Shown one piece after another: positions 15,832-22,155 of a DNA stretch of 22,155 nucleotides (the first letter of the stretch is position 1; every line of letters starts with the position of its first letter). Source of the stretch: a virus; UHGV virus genome UHGV-0059692, one strand, 5' to 3'. The position numbers and the translations under genes were made by a program. Under the pieces are notes generated by a model. The model did no database searches, was not told the origin of the DNA, and saw nothing but the letters and a program-made list of their open reading frames with translations.

Positions 15832-16308
15832 TTATGCTGGCGGAACGTCGCCTACCGTTACCTTGCCAGCGCTTTCGCACTCAATAGACCAGGTGGAAAC
15901 ATCATCATGCGGATCTTCTTCTTTAAAGGAAGTGCAAAGGAATGGGCCTTCAGTTACGTCTACAGGAGAAACGATCTTCAGCCATACATAAGGTTGTGAT
16001 CCGGTGGTTTCACCTGGCGTAATTACGTGGCGTTTCAGCGCTTTCTGATTATGGATTTCTTCAGTGCGGGACACACCGTCGCCGGAGAAAGAAACGGATT
16101 TGTAAGTAACCATTGATTCTTTCGTGTAATCGGCTGATTTATCGGCGGTGGCGTCAGCGGTTTCCCATTCAACGGAAAGTGTTTTACCACGCATCATGCC
16201 TAACGCTTTGTACGCTACAGCTTCCGGCTTCGCATTTGGACAAGCGATAGCGAAGAATACAGCAACGTCACGGCCTGTAAACGTGCCTTTTTCGCAAGTC
16301 TGAGACAT
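15832..16308 (-). CDS. Major tail (tube) protein
   Basis: 158 aa; strong RBS AAGAGGT; followed by a terminator hairpin; position immediately upstream of chaperone and tape measure. Confidence 0.65.
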   Translation of the reverse strand: MSQTCEKGTFTGRDVAVFFAIACPNAKPEAVAYKALGMMRGKTLSVEWETADATADKSADYTKESMVTYKSVSFSGDGVSRTEEIHNQKALKRHVITPGETTGSQPYVWLKIVSPVDVTEGPFLCTSFKEEDPHDDVSTWSIECESAGKVTVGDVPPA

Positions 16309-16321
16309 GTTAATTTACCTC

Positions 16322-16708
16322 TTATCTTGATATGATGGTTTGAAAGGCTACGGTAAAAATAAAGCGCCCTTCTCTTGTCTGTATTGCAGGAATAGCGCCA
16401 ACTGGCTTCATGTGTGTAATTTTATCAGTTTTATATTCTGTTAACATACTTTGACGGATGGCATCGGCAAGGTCTTCCACCTCACTGATATTTGCATCAT
16501 TACGCGCTGAAATAACCAGGATGCGGAAATAATCACGGGTTATTGCTTCCTCACCAGCCGCGCCGCCGTTTTGCTGGATCACGATGTATCTGTCATTATT
16601 CGAATTACTTCGCTCATTCCAGAAACGGGCCTGCAAAATATAGCCTTCATCGTATCCGTGGGATTGAATCCAATCCCTTATTTCGTCGTAAACTTCGCTG
16701 CGTTTCAT
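16322..16708 (-). CDS. Putative tail terminator / tail completion protein
   Basis: 128 aa; start overlaps the stop of the upstream gene; position just upstream of the major tail gene. Confidence 0.5.
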   Translation of the reverse strand: MKRSEVYDEIRDWIQSHGYDEGYILQARFWNERSNSNNDRYIVIQQNGGAAGEEAITRDYFRILVISARNDANISEVEDLADAIRQSMLTEYKTDKITHMKPVGAIPAIQTREGRFIFTVAFQTIISR

Positions 16709-17169
16709 ACTTTGTAACCTTCTACAATTTCTTTATAAATATCATCGGCGTGGTTAGGATCTTCGAATGCCTTACGCAAGAATCCAGGCTCCGCATTTGG
16801 ATCCCAATAATTACCCTTTCCAGTACCACCACCAAAACTAATTACCTGTTTCGGTCCGAAATCTGAAAGGTTATTCGTTTTGCCGAAATCTTCGCGCGGC
16901 TGGCCTTTTAATGTACCCGGCATATTGTGCACCCATTCAGCGTAGCGGGCCGTATATCCCAGGCGTAATTGCATACCGTCCGCCGTGTTCCCTATGTACT
17001 GGAACTGACTGTTAATTAAGAAGCCCGTATCGACTGGCGTCATATTAGCCGCGAAGCCACCAGCCAGCATACCGACGCGCCATAAAACTTCGTGCGTCTT
17101 TTTATCGGTGATTTCCTTTAGCTCCTGCTTTAATCTCTCACGGACGCGTTTAACCCCCTTGATAGGCAT
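16705..17169 (-). CDS. HK97 gp10-family head-tail joining protein
   Basis: 154 aa; the motif TPVDTGFLINS matches the conserved P-x-D-T-G-x-L motif I recall for this family; GGGGG RBS. Confidence 0.65.
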   Translation of the reverse strand: MPIKGVKRVRERLKQELKEITDKKTHEVLWRVGMLAGGFAANMTPVDTGFLINSQFQYIGNTADGMQLRLGYTARYAEWVHNMPGTLKGQPREDFGKTNNLSDFGPKQVISFGGGTGKGNYWDPNAEPGFLRKAFEDPNHADDIYKEIVEGYKV

Positions 17170-17171
17170 GA

Positions 17172-17540
17172 TTAACCCCCTGTCACGATCTTATAATCCG
17201 GCGTGTCGTTAAACATGCTCATATCCCATTCAACGATCCCGGTAATAACGTTGGCCCCAGCCACCAGCGGGTCGGAAATATTAGTGGTGTCGCCAGTGGC
17301 AATCATCCAGCCGTTTTTCGGGCGCTGCACTGGCTGCATATTATGAAGCAGTTCGGTAAATACGGTTATTGTATTGCTAACCTCATTACCGTTTGTGTCT
17401 GTTGCAGTGCCGTCGGTGCGCTCCCATGCGCAGTTAATCAGGTATGGTGCGCCGTATACGTCGGCGTTTGTCCAGTCGTCATGCGTTACGGGGTAGATGG
17501 TGGCTAATGCCTTGTAACTGAATCGCGCAATCTTACTCAT
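17172..17540 (-). CDS. Putative head closure / head-tail adaptor protein
   Basis: 122 aa, assigned by position in the connector cluster; overlaps the upstream gene by 8 nt. Confidence 0.45.
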   Translation of the reverse strand: MSKIARFSYKALATIYPVTHDDWTNADVYGAPYLINCAWERTDGTATDTNGNEVSNTITVFTELLHNMQPVQRPKNGWMIATGDTTNISDPLVAGANVITGIVEWDMSMFNDTPDYKIVTGG

Positions 17541-17718
17541 AGCCGTAACTCCAGCTAATGACCTTTGGACGAGTTTTCGCCACGCGCGGGCAAAGAATTA
17601 CCCATAAGCCAGCATCATTGAGGTAGGCCGCCACCTGACGTCCGCTATCCGTTTTAACCCACACGCGGGTAAATAGTTTCGGCAATACTGGATTTGGTAA
17701 TGTCAGGTCGTTCCACAT
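17533..17718 (-). CDS. Hypothetical small protein (61 aa) in the connector cluster
   Basis: ATG 17718 with AGGAGG 8 nt upstream (the track begins at a GTG at 17724); translationally coupled to neighbours. Confidence 0.45.
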   Translation of the reverse strand: MWNDLTLPNPVLPKLFTRVWVKTDSGRQVAAYLNDAGLWVILCPRVAKTRPKVISWSYGYE

Positions 17719-17720
17719 TG

Positions 17721-18107
17721 TCACATCCTCCTGCTCTTACCAATCCACAGCCCGGCGTGCGCGGTGTTTTCTGGATCTGGTGGAATTAGTTCGGCTGTAC
17801 AATGGTGTTTGTCCAGTGAGTAAAGCAACGAATAGGCCGCCTTCCATCGCTTATTAAAATCGACATAGCGGTAAGACTGGCTTGCACCGTTCGGACCAGT
17901 CTGCGAGGAAACGTATTTATCAGCCTGGCTGAGTCCTAACAGGCCAATGAGATAAAGCTGAATCAATGTTGCAGTGGAGGACGGATAATTGGCATCAAGG
18001 CATTCATTAACGCTATTTGCCTGCTCCACCAGCAAAGATAAAACCACGTCTGGTATTTCAATCCCCTGGCTTTCGAGATATTCCCGCGCCTGTTGTGTGG
18101 TAACCAT
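17721..18107 (-). CDS. Putative head-tail connector protein
   Basis: Start taken as ATG 18107 (MVTTQQ) with GGAGAA upstream; the track's longer ORF would start inside the upstream terminator loop; first gene after the capsid terminator. Confidence 0.5.
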   Translation of the reverse strand: MVTTQQAREYLESQGIEIPDVVLSLLVEQANSVNECLDANYPSSTATLIQLYLIGLLGLSQADKYVSSQTGPNGASQSYRYVDFNKRWKAAYSLLYSLDKHHCTAELIPPDPENTAHAGLWIGKSRRM

Positions 18108-18125
18108 TTTGTTTTCTCCACATAC

Positions 18126-18153
18126 AAAAAAAATCCCCGGCATTGCGCCGGGG
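18126..18153 (-). terminator. Intrinsic terminator (attenuator) directly after the major capsid gene
   Basis: 7-bp GC stem ccccggc (18135-18141) / gccgggg (18147-18153), 5-nt loop, followed on the minus strand by a run of about 9 T, then the RBS of the next gene. Confidence 0.65.
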
Positions 18154-18172
18154 AGCTACAGAAACATATCAA

Positions 18173-19237
18173 TCAGGTATTGCTGCCGTAGACCACTCCT
18201 GAACGACCTTCCATGTCACGGGTGATTTGCAGACCCTCAGCGGACATGATGCGGAAGTTGTAGTTATCAGTCGGCATCATGCGCGGTAACGGTACAACAC
18301 CAGTAGTCATACCAACCAGCGGGGTAATTACGCTACGGCTGCGCTGATAAGCAATGAACTCGTTGCCGGACAATGCATGGCTCTGGCGAATCTCACCAAC
18401 CGGAGCGAACGGCATAATGACGCTCAGCACGCTACCGACTACAGCACCATTGACGATGTGCGGACGGGCCAGGTTAGCCATGATCTCAGGCGATACCCAC
18501 ATGACGTCGTATTTAGCTACGAAGTTGGCGCGAGCCAGCTTGCCGAACTCACCAACGGTGAAGAAGTCAATGATCTTGTCGAAAACCGCAGTAGTCAGGT
18601 CGACTTTTGCGACGGTTTTTAGTTTAAGCTGCTGGGTGCTTTTGTGGTTTTTAATACCCATAGCTTTATGACCATCAACCACGATGCGATCGTTACCATT
18701 CAGGTAGAACTGGACGCGTGCTTTGTTGAATTTTTTCAGTTTCAGGCGCTGGCTATCCAGGGCAAGGTCGATGCCTACAGTATTCAAGCCCTGAGCGAGA
18801 CGCCAGTTAACACCGTAACCAGCCGCGAACATCGGGATCGGGTCGCCATCGCTACCGTATTCGGTGTGATCAAAGCCGTGTGGCGCTTGACCATCCATAG
18901 ACATCACAACTTCATCATTGATGTCACCGGATACGTTGTACATTTTCAGCGTTTTACCGACTGGCAGTACGGTTTGTACACCCATCAGGTCGTTTACGAT
19001 CTCAATACCGATTTCTTCGGTGTTCAGTTCGATGATCTGGTTATCAATTTCTTTCCAGAATTCTCTTGCGAAGCCGCCGACGGCGTTACAGGCCAACATT
19101 TCAGCGGTCATGTTTGCTTTGTTTGCTGCAATCATGGCGTTATGCTGATCGTTGAAGATATTGCGTTGCGCCCACAGTTCTTTCCAATGGCTCTGCATCC
19201 GGGAGTTGGCGGCAAGGTTTTCTTTAGTAAAGTACAT
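18173..19237 (-). CDS. Major capsid protein
   Basis: 354 aa; strongest-looking RBS (GGGGA 5 nt upstream); terminator immediately downstream; position after the scaffold and decoration-like genes; resembles capsid proteins I recall as DUF2184-type. Confidence 0.8.
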   Translation of the reverse strand: MYFTKENLAANSRMQSHWKELWAQRNIFNDQHNAMIAANKANMTAEMLACNAVGGFAREFWKEIDNQIIELNTEEIGIEIVNDLMGVQTVLPVGKTLKMYNVSGDINDEVVMSMDGQAPHGFDHTEYGSDGDPIPMFAAGYGVNWRLAQGLNTVGIDLALDSQRLKLKKFNKARVQFYLNGNDRIVVDGHKAMGIKNHKSTQQLKLKTVAKVDLTTAVFDKIIDFFTVGEFGKLARANFVAKYDVMWVSPEIMANLARPHIVNGAVVGSVLSVIMPFAPVGEIRQSHALSGNEFIAYQRSRSVITPLVGMTTGVVPLPRMMPTDNYNFRIMSAEGLQITRDMEGRSGVVYGSNT

Positions 19238-19254
19238 GTTATTCCCCTTTTAAA

Positions 19255-19683
19255 TTAAGCCACGCGAACGCGGATAAAATCTTCCGCTCCCAGGGTTACG
19301 TCTTCCTGGCAGTATGCGATGATCGGATCTGGCGCTGCCTGTTCACTTGGCGCAACAAACAGTTTCACCCCGTCGGCTGCGAGAGCAATAGCTGCACCCT
19401 TAACATAAGCGGCTGCAGGAACAAGGAGAGCAAACTCTCGGCCCTGTTCCACATAATCAGCAACAACAGTTTCATTTGCAGCGATTGCATCAGTAATGGT
19501 TTTGCCTTCGTGGAATGCCGGGTTGACGATGTACAACTGAGCTGCACCGACATCAGCACTGGTTGCTTTTGCAAACTTACCTCCGTCCAGTTTTACCAGT
19601 TCACCTGGTTTTACTGCAACCTTAGCAGTGTAGGTTTCGGTAATGGATTTACCATCAATATTTACACGACGAAAACGAGACAT
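19255..19683 (-). CDS. Capsid decoration/cement-like structural protein (DUF2190-like)
   Basis: 142 aa, Ala/Val-rich; position between scaffold/protease and major capsid; AAGGGG RBS. Confidence 0.65.
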   Translation of the reverse strand: MSRFRRVNIDGKSITETYTAKVAVKPGELVKLDGGKFAKATSADVGAAQLYIVNPAFHEGKTITDAIAANETVVADYVEQGREFALLVPAAAYVKGAAIALAADGVKLFVAPSEQAAPDPIIAYCQEDVTLGAEDFIRVRVA

Positions 19684-19699
19684 TGTGATCCCCTTTTAA

Positions 19700-20968
19700 T
19701 TAGAAATAGGTGTTAAAGTCCGGGACTTCGCCTTTTTTACCTTCGTTTGCTGCGTTGGTAGCCATCGGCGCTGCTTTGCCCAGGGATTTAAACATTGCTT
19801 CTAACGCTTCACCGCTTAATGCGTTAGCAACAATTTCGCCGTGTACTTTTGCTACTGCGGCGCGTTTTTCTGCTTCTTCTTTATTTGCGTTTGCTGCGAT
19901 CTCTTCTTTAATCGCTTTCTGATTGGTCTGTAATTCTTCAACGCTTGCCTGTACTGGTTTTAATGCCTCTGCTACTGCATTAGCGATATTGGCGGATAAG
20001 CCTTCGTTAATTTCTTTTACCAGTTCGGCGCGTTCTTCTTTGGTCAAAGGCATGGGATCGTCCTCCGATTTATTGGCCTTAATTTTTTCATTCAGGGAGA
20101 AAAGATTAGAAAGGTGTTCAGCGAACTGAGTAAACCAGGATTTACTTTCCTCGTTGGTTGTAAGCTCGCCATTATTGAGAATAATTTTATCAGCCTGTTT
20201 TTCGTAGTTGTATCTTTCCGCACAGTTTTCATTAGTGGCGATCGTCACCTCTCTATCAGTGAAGTCCACCACGTATACATAATCAGCGTCAGGGAACATT
20301 TCCCGCGCGGCAGCGGTTAACTGTTTTTCAAGTGTGCGATAGCTATTTTCTTTCATTGCCACCGCCATTAACGGCTTCGCCTGGTCGGTATTAACCATTA
20401 AGCCTACGCCCTGTTCCGGCGAAGCGGCTGGCGGCTCATGCAGCAAGATAGCGTCATGGTCGATCGACATGATTTTCACTACATGGTCAGCACCCTGGGC
20501 TTTCATTTCTTCGGTGGCTGGCATACGCTGGCGATATACAGCGACGGACGACCAGATAGGATCTTTGCTTTCTCCTTTCTCCAGTGCTTTCAGTCGGGCT
20601 AATAATTCGCGGCCCTGGCTTGAATGGCTGGCGGTTTCCACATCCACCCATTTTTCCACATAAACACGGTTGCCGCGTAACTCAACGTTTCTGTTCCACG
20701 CACCACAAAAACCCGTGTTTAATCCTTCCGGGCTAAATGCTGAAACAAATTTACCGTCAACGGTTGGATGGCCCAGCGGTGCAAGTGCACCCTCCAGCGA
20801 CTGATAATTAGCGATAATTTCAGCTTCCGGGTAATACTCGCGATTCATAACAATATTAAATGGCAACGTATATGACGGGACAACAATATGTTCGCGCCCG
20901 TTATACGTTTCCCGGCGAATGGTATTAGCGGTTAATTTGGTATTAACCTGAATTAATTCTTTACTCAC
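19700..20968 (-). CDS. Putative prohead protease/scaffold protein (DUF2213-like) with Ala/Lys/Glu-rich helical C-terminus
   Basis: Start taken as GTG 20968 with GGGAG 8 nt upstream, directly after the stop of the preceding gene (the track starts at a TTG at 20983); C-terminal third is scaffold-like (EELQTNQKAIKEEIAANANKEEAEKRAAVAK). Confidence 0.65.
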   Translation of the reverse strand: MSKELIQVNTKLTANTIRRETYNGREHIVVPSYTLPFNIVMNREYYPEAEIIANYQSLEGALAPLGHPTVDGKFVSAFSPEGLNTGFCGAWNRNVELRGNRVYVEKWVDVETASHSSQGRELLARLKALEKGESKDPIWSSVAVYRQRMPATEEMKAQGADHVVKIMSIDHDAILLHEPPAASPEQGVGLMVNTDQAKPLMAVAMKENSYRTLEKQLTAAAREMFPDADYVYVVDFTDREVTIATNENCAERYNYEKQADKIILNNGELTTNEESKSWFTQFAEHLSNLFSLNEKIKANKSEDDPMPLTKEERAELVKEINEGLSANIANAVAEALKPVQASVEELQTNQKAIKEEIAANANKEEAEKRAAVAKVHGEIVANALSGEALEAMFKSLGKAAPMATNAANEGKKGEVPDFNTYF

Positions 20969-20973
20969 GATTT

Positions 20974-21915
20974 TTACTCCCAATCTTCGCCATATTTAGA
21001 GTGCGCAACCTTATAGTTTTCTTGCGCCCGATCTAATATTCGTTCGTTTAATATGTTACCGTCTTCGTCAACTAATACGGTAATCGTGCTACATTTGCAG
21101 TTAATAGAATTTGGGGATCTGCTCCACCATTCGCGCTGCTCATCTATGGTGTATGTTTTCCCGTGCCGCTGCGCGTGCGATAGCCTGGTAGTCGGTGACA
21201 ATGCCGAAATGTGCATTTGCATAGTGCGCAGATTAAATTCTTCTGTCGCCGCTTCTGCCTCATCCATACGCGCTGTGCGTAACGCTGTGCATATTTCAGT
21301 TCGAGCAATACGTTTGCATCTGTATAGCGGTAATTGCGTCTCCTGATTCAATGTGCGCGCTATTTCCAGTGGGTTTAAACCACGGGCCATACCTTCAGTT
21401 AATCGCCGGGCCATATCCTTTTTGATCTGTGCTGTCAGCCCGCGCATTTCCTCAAATACACGGGTACGGACCAGGGCAAGGCGCGTGCGGTAAGTCGTGC
21501 TGGATAGCACGGCAGACACATCAGGATAGGCGCTTGAGTACGTGACAGACTGGTTAGCGAGGTTGGCATATTCCTGTGCCGTGCCGCGCTGATAAGCCAC
21601 CTTCACGTAATTCTGCCAAAACCAAAAACTTTCCGGGTCGGTTAGCTCGAATATCTCATCAATCATGTCGCTGGCATCCTCCAGCATGTCATGCAGTTCA
21701 TCCATGTAAATCTGAAAGGTGTATTTCTTATTAACAGCCAGGCTATATTGTATTCTGTCAAGTATGGCGAGATATGGATCGGCTATTTTATTCAGGCAGG
21801 ATTTGAAACGCTTAATAGCCCCCGATCGTAACTTCCCTGTCATGGTCGGATCTTCGGTGTTAGATGGCATTATCGCGGCTGGAGGTATTCGCCTGATTAT
21901 TTTCTTCACCTTCAT
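20974..21915 (-). CDS. Head morphogenesis protein (SPP1 gp7 / Mu F family)
   Basis: 313 aa; the C-terminal half (LYRCKRIARTEICTALRTARMDEAEAATEEFNL ... NCKCSTITVLVDEDGN) matches recalled features of minor head proteins of this family; GAGGAAAA RBS. Confidence 0.8.
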   Translation of the reverse strand: MKVKKIIRRIPPAAIMPSNTEDPTMTGKLRSGAIKRFKSCLNKIADPYLAILDRIQYSLAVNKKYTFQIYMDELHDMLEDASDMIDEIFELTDPESFWFWQNYVKVAYQRGTAQEYANLANQSVTYSSAYPDVSAVLSSTTYRTRLALVRTRVFEEMRGLTAQIKKDMARRLTEGMARGLNPLEIARTLNQETQLPLYRCKRIARTEICTALRTARMDEAEAATEEFNLRTMQMHISALSPTTRLSHAQRHGKTYTIDEQREWWSRSPNSINCKCSTITVLVDEDGNILNERILDRAQENYKVAHSKYGEDWE

Positions 21916-22155
21916 TATCGTTTTCCTCGTCGTCCAGTTCTACTTCCTGCGTTGGCCCTTCATATCCGGCAGCTTCGCGGATCTCGTCACCGTCAAACAC
22001 CTGTTCACCAGTAGCGAGACATGCCTGATTGATTTGTGCCATTTTGTATGCCGCGTCGAGTAGCTCGGCTTTCGTCATGGCGTTAAGGTCGTCCCACAGT
22101 ACCGACACATCGACTGGCGTACTGATAAGGCGAAGGTCTGCCATCTTGCGGAATA
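21860..22155 (-). CDS. Partial CDS, probably the C-terminus of the portal protein (open at right edge)
   Basis: The frame stays open beyond the first ATG to the window end (FRK upstream of MADL); acidic C-terminal tail (ELDDEENDNEGEENNQ); overlaps the start of the head morphogenesis gene as portal genes often do. Confidence 0.4.
   Translation of the reverse strand, partial: FRKMADLRLISTPVDVSVLWDDLNAMTKAELLDAAYKMAQINQACLATGEQVFDGDEIREAAGYEGPTQEVELDDEENDNEGEENNQANTSSRDNAI

Noticed and set aside
18354-19258. Plus-strand ORFs of 81-204 aa antisense to the major capsid gene
   Set aside because: They are entirely within the capsid gene on the opposite strand with no RBS; a typical artefact of a highly expressed gene.

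Overview
This window is the late (morphogenesis) region of a lambdoid-type tailed prophage, most likely from an enterobacterial host, read in antisense. All calls are from reading the sequence and ORF track; no database search was run, and homology statements rest on recalled family features. Nearly all structural genes lie on the minus strand, running right to left: probable portal C-terminus, head morphogenesis protein, protease/scaffold, decoration-like protein, major capsid, five small head-tail joining genes, major tail protein, putative chaperone, tape measure, lambda-like M, L, K, I and J, a tail fibre and a small trailing ORF. The tail operon is interrupted at four junctions by plus-strand (antisense) inserts, each with its own ribosome-binding sites and bounded by GC-hairpin terminators. 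The most interesting is a compact four-gene cassette between L and M (9792-10693): two paralogous acidic proteins, an antirepressor-like DNA-binding protein and a 38-aa hydrophobic peptide, which I could not assign to any system I know. Other notable points are a J protein enlarged by a repeat-rich coiled-coil insert, and intrinsic terminators directly after the major capsid and major tail genes.
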